Source: Candidatus Altiarchaeota archaeon
GTDB taxonomy: Archaea > Altiarchaeota > Altiarchaeia > IMC4 > SCGC-AAA252-I15
Assembly (NCBI GenBank): GCA_043813075.1
Contig: JBDRLL010000020.1
Span: 25,822-89,821 of the forward strand
Length of the DNA: 64,000 nucleotides
Direction of reading: 5' to 3'
Shown here piece after piece: positions 1 through 8,550 of this stretch (the stretch's first letter is position 1; the number at the start of each line of letters is the position of its first letter). Both the position numbers and the translations under genes were made by a program. The notes under the pieces were generated by a model, which saw only the letters and a list, made by a program, of their open reading frames with translations, searched no databases and had not been told where the DNA came from.

Positions 1-561
1 GAGCCTTCTACTAGCATCAACAGCATCCGAATTCTCGGAGCCATTATCCCTAAGCTGCAGGTTGGCGGTGTTGGTGTAAAGGCTTCCGTCGACCAGCAGG
101 ATGTCCGCATCCAAGCCATCCTTCACTTCCAGGAGCGCTGAATACTCCCTAGCGACCCTAAGTGCGTTAGCCCGCTCTTCAATGTCAGAATAGGGTATGA
201 AGACGCCGAAGTCGACGTAAGACTCATACTTAAGCTCCCTGTAAGGTAGAGTGCCCTCCCCCACTAGCGGGTCACTGTTCTCACCACCATCGTATTCCGC
301 ATAGACGACTACCGTGTGCAAACCCCATAAAGCGTGATACCTCAACTCCCTCTTAATCATGGAAGAGTCGCACGCCAGCATCCTTATGACACCAGCATCA
401 TCATTGATGGATATCCTCTTGAAATCTCCTCCGGAACCCTCCACCTTACGTCTTATCTCCCCCCTATCAAGATTTCTATGCGAGTCAAGACCCTCAATCA
501 AGGCGGACTTCGACTTTAGAACCGATTCATCTAGGGAGAAGTCTGGTCTTAATTCCCTCAT
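1..561 (-). CDS. nurA: NurA-domain nuclease (partial, runs off the window start)
   Basis: Not in the ORF track. Manual translation from ATG at 561: MRELRPDFSLDES...RMLACDSSMIKREL...DILLVDGSLY, matching the two NurA acidic motifs (AxDxS and hhDGSL). Start overlaps the stop of the upstream gene. Confidence 0.7.
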   Translation of the reverse strand, partial: MRELRPDFSLDESVLKSKSALIEGLDSHRNLDRGEIRRKVEGSGGDFKRISINDDAGVIRMLACDSSMIKRELRYHALWGLHTVVVYAEYDGGENSDPLVGEGTLPYRELKYESYVDFGVFIPYSDIEERANALRVAREYSALLEVKDGLDADILLVDGSLYTNTANLQLRDNGSENSDAVDASRRL

Positions 562-1451
562 TGTAACCCGTATTCCTTGAGCTCCCTCTTCAATAAGTGC
601 ACCTGCTTTTCATCCAGCGCAGAAGGGTCTATGGATACGACAAGCCTGCTATCGTGCTGTACCACAACATCCTTTACCGATTGTATCATCCGTATCACGT
701 CCTCAAACTTGTTGTGCATTATCAGGTATTCAACACCATCCAAGAGCACAATCCCGTCATCTGTCGTTGACACAAACTCCTTTATGGTCTGGCTCAGTCC
801 TATCATGCTCGTGGGCTCTATACTATCATCATAACCCTTCTCCCTGGTCAGCCATATGATGGGCGTCTTCAATAGATTGTATTTATCCCTGATTTTTGGC
901 GGGTAATTGCGTGTAATACATAGTCCGTGTATCCCGTGTTTCACAAGGTCTGAGAACAACTCCAGCGCGGAAATGCTCTCAGGACTAGACTCCTCTATTA
1001 TGTGGCTTGAACCAGGATTCACCTTATACTTGGCTTCACCGAGACCCTCCTCATCATTCGCACTCTCCACCAGCATGAACTTGTATTTCACCTTACTATC
1101 CCCCATCCTACTGTAGAGAAGGTAGCCTCCCACTGTTATCGACACCGCTATCAGCGTCCTGCTAACAGACCCTATCATGCTGAACGTGGAGACATTTACT
1201 CTGAAGCTCTGGTAAAGCCCCAAATTCATGTTGGCGCTGCTGAACATCATCGGAAGGTCTGAGAGATTCAACAACAGTATCATGAGGACAGACACGAATA
1301 TCCACACCCACCCTATGTTCTCCTTCCCAGAGAGGTTGAAGTGCTTGAAAAGCCTGGTCCAATAAACCACGGCGAGAAAAGACAAGAGTATAGTCAGAAT
1401 ATTAAAGTACAATTCCGTATTCGACAGAAGCAAAGACTTGTATACTATCAT
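558..1451 (-). CDS. Membrane protein with C-terminal DUF835 domain
   Basis: Three N-terminal hydrophobic helices, then GLCITRNYP...IIWLT...VLLDGVEYLIMHNKFE, typical of DUF835. Confidence 0.8.
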   Translation of the reverse strand: MIVYKSLLLSNTELYFNILTILLSFLAVVYWTRLFKHFNLSGKENIGWVWIFVSVLMILLLNLSDLPMMFSSANMNLGLYQSFRVNVSTFSMIGSVSRTLIAVSITVGGYLLYSRMGDSKVKYKFMLVESANDEEGLGEAKYKVNPGSSHIIEESSPESISALELFSDLVKHGIHGLCITRNYPPKIRDKYNLLKTPIIWLTREKGYDDSIEPTSMIGLSQTIKEFVSTTDDGIVLLDGVEYLIMHNKFEDVIRMIQSVKDVVVQHDSRLVVSIDPSALDEKQVHLLKRELKEYGLQ

Positions 1452-1484
1452 CCCATATTAATTTTAACTTGAACATATTTAAGC

Positions 1485-2111
1485 ATGAGCTTGATAATAG
1501 CCTTAGACTTTGACGGCACCCTCGTGGATTCAGTTGAAAGCATATGGCTAGAGTTCCAGCGCGTCATTGAAGCAATGGACCTGCCCAAAATATCCTATGA
1601 TGACTTCAAACAACAACTCGGCAAGGTATGGGACAATGTACTGACTGGTTTGTGGCCTGGCATAAACATCCAGGAATTCAACAGGAATTACCGTGTCGAG
1701 GCTGAAAAGCCCATCCCCATCCGCGGGGTCCACACTGCGTTAAAAAAGCTTGAAGACCATTATCCGCTCGTAATACTGACGTCGAGGGGCGAGGACACTC
1801 TAATCAAGCACCTCGAGCTTACGGGATTCACCACAACCGCCTTCGACGGCATATACCACCGCGACAACCTACCCTATCACAAGCCTGACCCAGAGGCCTT
1901 GCTGTCTGTCTGCGGGGACTACTCTGTTGATGCGGAAGACCTGTTGTATGTTGGGGACTCGCTAGTCGACTTCGAGTGCGCTATGAATGCTGGAACGCGT
2001 TTTGTCGGAGTGCTTACTGGCGCGGCATCAGGCAGCGACTTCACTGAAAAAGGAGTGGCTGACGTCATAGACTCTGTCACTTACCTGCCCGGGTTTCTGG
2101 GCCTGGAATGA
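1485..2111 (+). CDS. HAD-superfamily hydrolase (phosphoglycolate phosphatase-like)
   Basis: DFDGTLVD motif I, LTS motif II, KPDP motif III, YVGDS..D motif IV. Confidence 0.85.
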   Translation: MSLIIALDFDGTLVDSVESIWLEFQRVIEAMDLPKISYDDFKQQLGKVWDNVLTGLWPGINIQEFNRNYRVEAEKPIPIRGVHTALKKLEDHYPLVILTSRGEDTLIKHLELTGFTTTAFDGIYHRDNLPYHKPDPEALLSVCGDYSVDAEDLLYVGDSLVDFECAMNAGTRFVGVLTGAASGSDFTEKGVADVIDSVTYLPGFLGLE

Positions 2112-2569
2112 TCCCTCACAGGCTTTCCCCCAGCTCCATCAATGCACCTACTATCCACTCTACCCTCAGAGCCCTCGAAGATTCTCATAAACTCGCTAGG
2201 CTTCACTATCCTCGCTCCAGAAAAAACATCCAGGTCAAGCAGGTGATGGTCGCTAGTCACGATATAATCCGCCCCGGCTGCCTCAGCCGCCTCCAGGAAA
2301 CGGTTGTCGCTCTTGTCAGGGCATAAACTCACCCTTCTGGCAGGAACTACCTTCCTCGCATGCTGGTAGTACCTTATCACCTTGTCCAGGTACTCCTTCC
2401 CCGGCTTCACCTTCTCCAGTATGAACAGGTTCTCATCTTTTATCTCAAAAGTGTAGACAGCGTTCACCTTATCCTCAAGGACAAGGTCTATTATACTGTT
2501 GCTGCTGCTCCTAGGATTCCACCTGCCTGCGATGAAGAGATTAGTGTCCACCACGATAATCGGCTTCAC
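2081..2569 (-). CDS. PIN-domain protein
   Basis: VVDTNLFI N-terminus; CPDKSDNRFLEAA and IVTSDHHLL acidic PIN motifs. Confidence 0.85.
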   Translation of the reverse strand: MKPIIVVDTNLFIAGRWNPRSSSNSIIDLVLEDKVNAVYTFEIKDENLFILEKVKPGKEYLDKVIRYYQHARKVVPARRVSLCPDKSDNRFLEAAEAAGADYIVTSDHHLLDLDVFSGARIVKPSEFMRIFEGSEGRVDSRCIDGAGGKPVRDHSRPRNPGR

Positions 2570-3657
2570 TTCAAAACACCCTTCAAGTCATTAACCGTCC
2601 CCTCGGTCTTCACGCCATTCATGTTATAGTGAGTCCTAAAAGACTTAAAACCGGCCTCTTCAAGACGCTCGAAGATAACATCCCTCCGGGGGACAGACAC
2701 TCCCGCATTAGAAGCGACCTTATGGACGTCGTAATACGGCTTGAACACGCCCTGCTCCCCACTCACAAGGCCGACAATCCCAACGGCATCACGTTTAGTG
2801 GCGTACTCGCATGCGAGAAGCTCCTCCATCACGCGTTCACAGAGACTCTCATCAGCCGTAGCACCAGCCCATAAGGGCCCCGCAAAACCCGCTCCACCGC
2901 ACGAGCAAACAGAATCCCCCCAGCCCAAATACCCCCTCTCAAGGCATTTAAAGCAGTGCTGGAGGTACATCATCGACTTTAGCGTGCCGTCCACAACACC
3001 ACCCCGCCGTGAAACCTGGATTATCGACCTCATGTAATGCCTTGTCGAATGCGAGAACAAGACTCTCACCCCGAAGCCATGCCTCAAGGCAGTCCTCGCC
3101 GCAAAGCCCACCAGTATCCTCAAGCCAACCTCGTTATAACAGTCACTCCTGAGGGGCTGCGCGTCATACTTCCTCCTGCAGGCCCTAGGGTACGTCCCAG
3201 ACAATGCCGACGTGTCAGTGGCAGTGAAGGCAACAAAACCCCTGTCCACGATGGACTGGAATACTGAATCCATGAATCCCACTGGAGGTCCGAAAGGGTC
3301 CACGTCGATGAAGCTGAACCTCCTACCCGCGAGAAGCTGCCGAGCGTCCAGCCGCGTGACTTCAGCCTCCACGCCATTCAACGACAGGTTATCCTCAGCC
3401 AGCTTTACGGCGCTAGGGTTAAGGTCGTTTATGACCGCTGGTATCCCAGCCTCGACAACAGCCCTGACGCCCCTCGCTCCTGACGCAGAGAGCAGGTCGC
3501 AGTAGTCCACCGGCTTCAACACCTTCAATGCGGCGACTGTGATGTCCCTGCTCAACTGCATCTCCGGGTTGTAGAACACTTCATTGCTCTTCAAAAGCCT
3601 GTCCGCTACAGGAACCCTCAGCCTCGTCCCCCCTTCAACGACCGTCGCGTACTCCAT
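2566..3657 (-). CDS. trm1: tRNA (guanine-26-N2)-dimethyltransferase
   Basis: VFYNPEMQLSRD, LSASGARGVR, IDVDPFGPP, TATDTSALSG motifs. Start moved to ATG 3657 (MEYATVVEG). Confidence 0.92.
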   Translation of the reverse strand: MEYATVVEGGTRLRVPVADRLLKSNEVFYNPEMQLSRDITVAALKVLKPVDYCDLLSASGARGVRAVVEAGIPAVINDLNPSAVKLAEDNLSLNGVEAEVTRLDARQLLAGRRFSFIDVDPFGPPVGFMDSVFQSIVDRGFVAFTATDTSALSGTYPRACRRKYDAQPLRSDCYNEVGLRILVGFAARTALRHGFGVRVLFSHSTRHYMRSIIQVSRRGGVVDGTLKSMMYLQHCFKCLERGYLGWGDSVCSCGGAGFAGPLWAGATADESLCERVMEELLACEYATKRDAVGIVGLVSGEQGVFKPYYDVHKVASNAGVSVPRRDVIFERLEEAGFKSFRTHYNMNGVKTEGTVNDLKGVLK

Positions 3658-3699
3658 CGCTATTATTCTTATACTAACCATTTTATATACTAGTTGCAT

Positions 3700-4266
3700 A
3701 TGAAAATCGTTGTTGCGATAACAGGAGCTTCAGGCGTTGTGATAGGCCAGCGTCTTCTGGAAGAACTCTCCAAGAAGGGCGTCGAAACCCACCTAATCGT
3801 GTCTTCAGGAGCCGCTGATGTCGCTGAATTCGAGGAATGCGTTGGCGTGGAAGAGATAAAGTCACTTGCCTCCTCAGTATACGACGAGCACGACCTTACG
3901 TCCAGGCTCGCGAGCTCCTCCTTCATAGTCGACGCCATGGTCATCGTGCCATGTAGCATGAAGACGCTTTCCGCTGTAGCCAACGGCTTCTCAGACAACC
4001 TGATAACCCGCGCGGCAGAGAACGTGTTGAAGATGAAGTGGAAGATGATAGTGGTCCCGAGGGACACCCCACTATCCCTAGCGGCCATAGAGAACATGAG
4101 GAAACTCAAACTTTCAGGTGCGATTATAATGCCCCCAAACCTCGCGTACTACAGCAAGCCCAAGACGATGTCTGACGCAACCGACTTCATTGTCGGCAAG
4201 ATAATGGATGCGCTCGGCATAGGGCACAGCCTCTACCTAAAGTGGGGTGATTCAGACGAGCCCTGA
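3700..4266 (+). CDS. ubiX: Flavin prenyltransferase UbiX
   Basis: IVVAITGASG, PCSMKTLSAVANG, NLITRAA, PRDTPLS motifs. Confidence 0.92.
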   Translation: MKIVVAITGASGVVIGQRLLEELSKKGVETHLIVSSGAADVAEFEECVGVEEIKSLASSVYDEHDLTSRLASSSFIVDAMVIVPCSMKTLSAVANGFSDNLITRAAENVLKMKWKMIVVPRDTPLSLAAIENMRKLKLSGAIIMPPNLAYYSKPKTMSDATDFIVGKIMDALGIGHSLYLKWGDSDEP

Positions 4267-4837
4267 AGAAAGGTTCAGGCTCCTGCTTGAGAAGGCGGAG
4301 ACAGAGTCAGCGAAGGCGGAGCACATATCACCAGCCCACGGCGCAGACCACCTACAGAGGGTGTGGAACAGGTGCATGACACTGTCAGAGAAGTTAGGGG
4401 GAGACCTTGAAGTCCTGGCTGCAGCGGCAGCACTACACGACCTAGGGCGGCATTATGGTCTGGAAGTCCACGGCGAGAAGAGCGCTGAACTCGCCGCTCC
4501 AATACTGTCTAAAACCGGGTTCCCGCGCGAGAAGACTCTCCTCGTCTTGGATGCCATACGCTTCCATGACGTGACCACCCCGCCAGGGAGCCGTAAGAGC
4601 ATGGAGTCCAGGATACTATACGACGCTGATAAATTGGACAGTTTCGGGGTTCTAGGTGTGATACGGCACATAGTATTCTACTACCAGAAGGGGGCTGGAG
4701 TCGACTACATACTGGACACGCTCTCAAAGAGGTGGGTGAACCTGCATTTCGAACAGACGCGTGAGATGGGGCGGGAAGACTACGAGTACGTCCTGGACTT
4801 CTTCAAGAAACTCGGTGACATAGAGGGTGGATGTTAA
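4247..4837 (+). CDS. HD-domain phosphohydrolase
   Basis: HGADHLQRV, AALHDLG, ILYDADKLD motifs. Confidence 0.85.
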   Translation: MIQTSPEERFRLLLEKAETESAKAEHISPAHGADHLQRVWNRCMTLSEKLGGDLEVLAAAAALHDLGRHYGLEVHGEKSAELAAPILSKTGFPREKTLLVLDAIRFHDVTTPPGSRKSMESRILYDADKLDSFGVLGVIRHIVFYYQKGAGVDYILDTLSKRWVNLHFEQTREMGREDYEYVLDFFKKLGDIEGGC

Positions 4838-5498
4838 GGCGGTAGTGTTTGACCTTGAGGGAACGCTCGTCGACATGTTCGACTCCCACGTCAAAGCATT
4901 CAACGAGGTTATGGCCCGGCATTACAACCTCGGGTTCAAAAGCCAAGACCTTCTCATTGGATACGGGATGCATGCCGGCGACATAATGAGAATATTCCTA
5001 AGGCGTAATGGCGTGGATTGTGCTGACTGCACCACTCTTGTAGAAGAGAAGCAGGGGATACTGCGCAGCAAGTATGCTGGCGACCTCAAAGTGCTGCCGG
5101 GCGCCAGACAAATATTGGATGCCCTAAGAAAATCCGGTTTTAAAATCGGCCTGGCATCCAGCTCGCCAGGCAGGAACGTTGAATTCATGCTCAGGAACCC
5201 TGGCTTAAGGCCTTACTTCGACGCTGTTGCGGTGGCGGAGGACGTGGAAAAAGCCAAGCCCAACCCGGCCGTATTCCTCAAGGCCGCTGAACTGCTTGGC
5301 TTGAACCCCCGTGAGTGCGTGGCTGTGGAAGACTCTGTTCATGGCGTTGAAGCAGCCAAAAAAGCGGGGATGATGGTTATAGGGGTAACAACCGGGCAGG
5401 GCACGATGGAAGAGCTTGATGCGGCGGGCGCAGACTTGATTGTAGCGTCCCTAGAGTCCCTGACAGCCGAAGCGGTGGCATCCATCGGCTTTAAATAA
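4827..5498 (+). CDS. HAD-family phosphatase (beta-PGM-like subfamily IA)
   Basis: VVFDLEGTLVD, ASSS, KPNPAVF, VEDSVHGVEAA motifs. Confidence 0.85.
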   Translation: MDVKAVVFDLEGTLVDMFDSHVKAFNEVMARHYNLGFKSQDLLIGYGMHAGDIMRIFLRRNGVDCADCTTLVEEKQGILRSKYAGDLKVLPGARQILDALRKSGFKIGLASSSPGRNVEFMLRNPGLRPYFDAVAVAEDVEKAKPNPAVFLKAAELLGLNPRECVAVEDSVHGVEAAKKAGMMVIGVTTGQGTMEELDAAGADLIVASLESLTAEAVASIGFK

Positions 5499-5521
5499 AC
5501 CCGCTCTCATGAATTAACACA

Positions 5522-5671
5522 ATGGCTTCTGACAAATCAGTAGTCGAACCCTGGAAGTGTTCATTCTGCGGGAACACCAACCCTCCAGGCTCCAAGACTT
5601 GCGGCATATGCCGGTCAGGCAAGGACGAGTCAGACAAGTATGTGAGCAAAGGTGGTGTAGGCCGTTTCTAA
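5522..5671 (+). CDS. 49-aa RanBP2/NZF-type zinc-finger microprotein
   Basis: Not in the track. MASDKSVVEPWKCSFCGNTNPPGSKTCGICRSGKDESDKYVSKGGVGRF fits W-x-C-x2-C-x3-N-x6-C-x2-C exactly and fills the intergenic gap. Confidence 0.8.
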   Translation: MASDKSVVEPWKCSFCGNTNPPGSKTCGICRSGKDESDKYVSKGGVGRF

Positions 5672-5707
5672 CCCTTTTATTACCATATCATCCAATGGTT
5701 AATCGTC

Positions 5708-6184
5708 ATGGAGTTCAACGCCCTTGAAGTCCTCGAGACTGCTATGCGTCTGGAAAAGGATGGACTTAGATTCTACAAGCAGGCTTCTGAAATGTTCGAC
5801 GACACGCTCGTGAAGTCTGTGTTCAAGAAGCTCGCGGAAGACGAGAAGCATCATCTCGACACCCTCGAAGCCCAGTACGAGTCGCTCGCAAGATTCGAGA
5901 CATGGATGGTGTTCCAGGAGTTGTACAAGGGTGATGAGGAGTCTGAGGCAGTGAAGCCTAAGATACTAGACGAGGAAAAGCTCCACCACATGATAAGCGA
6001 CGGAATGACTCCCAAACAGGCCGTTAAGGTGGGTATCAAGCTGGAGGAGGATTCCCTACACTACTACTCTAAGAATGCCAGGGATTGTGACGAGGAGCAG
6101 GGCAGGGAGATGTTTAAAAAGCTTGTCGAATTCGAGAAGCAGCATCTGGATGAACTGAAGAAGCTTCTTAAGAAGATGGGGTGA
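5708..6184 (+). CDS. Rubrerythrin/ferritin-like di-iron protein
   Basis: Two E...ExxH halves (LEKDG..FY..EDEKHH; LEEDS..YY..EFEKQH). Confidence 0.85.
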   Translation: MEFNALEVLETAMRLEKDGLRFYKQASEMFDDTLVKSVFKKLAEDEKHHLDTLEAQYESLARFETWMVFQELYKGDEESEAVKPKILDEEKLHHMISDGMTPKQAVKVGIKLEEDSLHYYSKNARDCDEEQGREMFKKLVEFEKQHLDELKKLLKKMG

Positions 6185-6412
6185 TCACTGCCCCTTCTCA
6201 GCCACCACATGTCCTTCAGACCATTTTGGCGCTAATTTCTCCATCTTACCGGTGAATCCTTCGGTTCTGACAGGCTTGGAGTCTGGCCTAGTCACGTTCC
6301 TCAAGTCCATCACATAGTGGGTCTCCTCTGTCTCCGGAACGTTCTTAAGCTTGTCTGAGAACTCGTCTATTATCCTCATGCCCTCCTTCCTTATCTTCTC
6401 AGGATCTAGCAT
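6185..6412 (-). CDS. gatC: Asp/Glu-tRNA amidotransferase subunit C-like protein
   Basis: IIDEFS...EETHYV..RNVTRPD...LAPKWSEGHVVAEKG resembles archaeal GatC-related proteins. Confidence 0.65.
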   Translation of the reverse strand: MLDPEKIRKEGMRIIDEFSDKLKNVPETEETHYVMDLRNVTRPDSKPVRTEGFTGKMEKLAPKWSEGHVVAEKGQ

Positions 6413-6441
6413 CAAATACTTATCGCAGTGAGCGTTAAAAA

Positions 6442-6684
6442 CTATTCGTAGATTATTCTGTCGATGATGCAGTCGCTCCCATCAACCAGCTCTATGCTCA
6501 AGGAGACCCCATCCAGCGGAGTGTCATGTGCGACTAGCTTGTACGCCTCCTCAAGTTCGCTGGCGTCAGTGAACACGCGTCTCCCGCATTTGACTCGTAT
6601 CTCCCTTATCCTCCTGCCGCCCGTATCCCTACACCCACCAATCACTTTCCTGACAAGTTCCTCGGCTATGGAGAATCCGTGCAT
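6442..6684 (-). CDS. hypA: Minimal HypA-like nickel metallochaperone lacking the zinc finger
   Basis: MHGFSIAEEL N-terminus, I.V.CG, TPLDGVSLSI; no CxxC pairs; next to the hydrogenase protease. Confidence 0.65.
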   Translation of the reverse strand: MHGFSIAEELVRKVIGGCRDTGGRRIREIRVKCGRRVFTDASELEEAYKLVAHDTPLDGVSLSIELVDGSDCIIDRIIYE

Positions 6685-6717
6685 GGTATTTAATGGGTGT
6701 GTCGTTAAATAAAGTCT

Positions 6718-7185
6718 ATGACTGATTTGGAAGTCCTCTTCTCAGGGAGGGTCAGCGTAGTGTGCGTTGGCAACGAGTTGAACGGCGACGACGCATTCGG
6801 GCCGCAAGTCTTCAGATTACTCCAACCAATCGATGATGATGAAATGCAGTTGATACCCGCATCAACTGTTCCCGAGAACTTCATCGGCGAGATAATGGAC
6901 TTCAAGCCAGCCCGTGTTGTGGTAATCGATGCTGGCGACTTTGGCGGCAGTCCAGGTGAATTAAGGTCCTTTGAAGTGGGCGAGCTAGAGGCCTTCAACG
7001 TGTCCACCCACAGGATGCCGTTGAAGCTGTTTACAAGGCGTTTCACTGACAATGGCATAAGCGTCCACTTTATCAGCGTCCAGGCCTCCAGGACTGTCGT
7101 TGGAGAGCCTCTGAGTCATGAAGTAGGGAAATCAGCCGCGATACTATCGGATTTGATCGAAAAAACAAGGGAAAAGCAGCGGTAG
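6718..7185 (+). CDS. hycI: Hydrogenase maturation endopeptidase (HycI-like)
   Basis: CVGNELNGDDAFG, TVPENF, VIDAGDFG, STHRMPL motifs. Confidence 0.9.
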   Translation: MTDLEVLFSGRVSVVCVGNELNGDDAFGPQVFRLLQPIDDDEMQLIPASTVPENFIGEIMDFKPARVVVIDAGDFGGSPGELRSFEVGELEAFNVSTHRMPLKLFTRRFTDNGISVHFISVQASRTVVGEPLSHEVGKSAAILSDLIEKTREKQR

Positions 7186-7231
7186 AAGCCATCCGGGTCA
7201 TTTATTTTTTCTTAATTAAATACTATCTCAG

Positions 7232-7957
7232 GTGATTGAGATGACTAATCTATCAGACATATCAGGATCCGGGAAACTGGTTGAAATACTGCGTGAACAC
7301 GTCGTAGAGCCGATAAAAAACAACGAACCCGGCGCCGGAAGGAGGATTATAATATACGGCCCGCCTGGAACCGGGAAGACGTTTGTCGCAAAAGCGATAG
7401 CAGGCGAACTCGGGCTTGAATTCATGAGGATAAGCCCCTCAGACAGCCCCCAATACGTCGGCGACACTGTAGCGTCCGCGTCAAACAGGACACTCCTCTT
7501 CTACGACGAGATTGAGAAGGTAATGGATAATCCCCTGCTCACCGACTCCATACGGCAGATGCCCAAGGATGTCACAGTAATCGGGGCCACAAACTTTCCC
7601 TGGAAGATAAGCAGACTCGCCAATGAAGGCTTCAACAGCCTAGTCTTCCTGCCTGAACCAGACTTCGAGGCCCGTAAAGGCATACTGAAACACTTCCTGA
7701 AGGATGATGCGGAATCCGTCGACTTGGACCGGATAGCTGAGATGACTGAAGGATGCACTGCCGCAGGCCTATACAAGATATGCAACCTGGCTAAAGGCAA
7801 GGAAACTATAATCTCCGAGAGCGTGTACGAGACGGCTTCGAACTACACCCCGACCACCATAAAGAACTGGCTTATCGAGCTGAAGGCTAACAAGGGAAGC
7901 ATGGACGAAGAGTCTTTCAAGCCAATGTTCGACTGGCTTAAAAAGAAGTCCGGCTAA
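7232..7957 (+). CDS. AAA+ ATPase (classical clade, degenerate)
   Basis: Walker A GPPGTGKT, Walker B LLFYDEIE, sensor-1 GATNFPW; arginine finger absent. Confidence 0.75.
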   Translation: MIEMTNLSDISGSGKLVEILREHVVEPIKNNEPGAGRRIIIYGPPGTGKTFVAKAIAGELGLEFMRISPSDSPQYVGDTVASASNRTLLFYDEIEKVMDNPLLTDSIRQMPKDVTVIGATNFPWKISRLANEGFNSLVFLPEPDFEARKGILKHFLKDDAESVDLDRIAEMTEGCTAAGLYKICNLAKGKETIISESVYETASNYTPTTIKNWLIELKANKGSMDEESFKPMFDWLKKKSG

Positions 7958-8009
7958 ACCATCCTTACTGAAGCGAGATAAGAGGGGGCGGTCCAAAGCA
8001 TAGTGTTCA

Positions 8010-8303
8010 CTAGCAGCGAGGCGGACCAGTATGCCCATTGCATGCTGACCCCGACGACAGAACCGCATAATTTATCGAATGGAATACCACAACTCCCGTA
8101 AGCCCTGGAGGGAAGAATAACGCCGGCAAGACTAGACTGGCGTAACCCCCCATGCTGCAGGCGCTAGACAACCTAAGTGCAAAGCTGTCAAAGACGATGC
8201 CCGCGCAGTCTGTCATGAAACGGTTCCAGAATACTAGAAAACCAAGCAGACCATACAACCCGCCGAACAGCATGTAGAACCTAGTCCCCAAGACGTTCAC
8301 CAA
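8010..8303 (-). CDS. Small membrane protein, last gene of the hydrogenase operon
   Basis: Two hydrophobic segments; overlaps the EhbP-like gene on the same strand. Confidence 0.5.
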   Translation of the reverse strand: MVNVLGTRFYMLFGGLYGLLGFLVFWNRFMTDCAGIVFDSFALRLSSACSMGGYASLVLPALFFPPGLTGVVVFHSINYAVLSSGSACNGHTGPPRC

Positions 8304-8550
8304 CCCTAGCCTTCATCCCATCCAGCTTGTCTTTAAGCGAATCACCATCCCTCACGTATTCGACCAGAAGGCCCTTATCCGCCAAGTCGTCTATCATACG
8401 CCTGCTCAGCATCGGGGCGTCAATCTTCACGTCCTCCCCCAACGGGTTTCCGACGACCACGTCTATGAAATCCATGTCGCTTATCCTGCTTTCAATAACA
8501 TATCCCCCCAGGTTGAAGACCAAACCAGATTCAACGATAATCTTGGTCAT
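8281..8550 (-). CDS. ehbP: Energy-converting hydrogenase B subunit P
   Basis: NLGGYVIE...VVGNPLGEDVKIDAP signature; directly downstream of the NuoH-like gene. Confidence 0.75.
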   Translation of the reverse strand: MTKIIVESGLVFNLGGYVIESRISDMDFIDVVVGNPLGEDVKIDAPMLSRRMIDDLADKGLLVEYVRDGDSLKDKLDGMKARVGERLGD

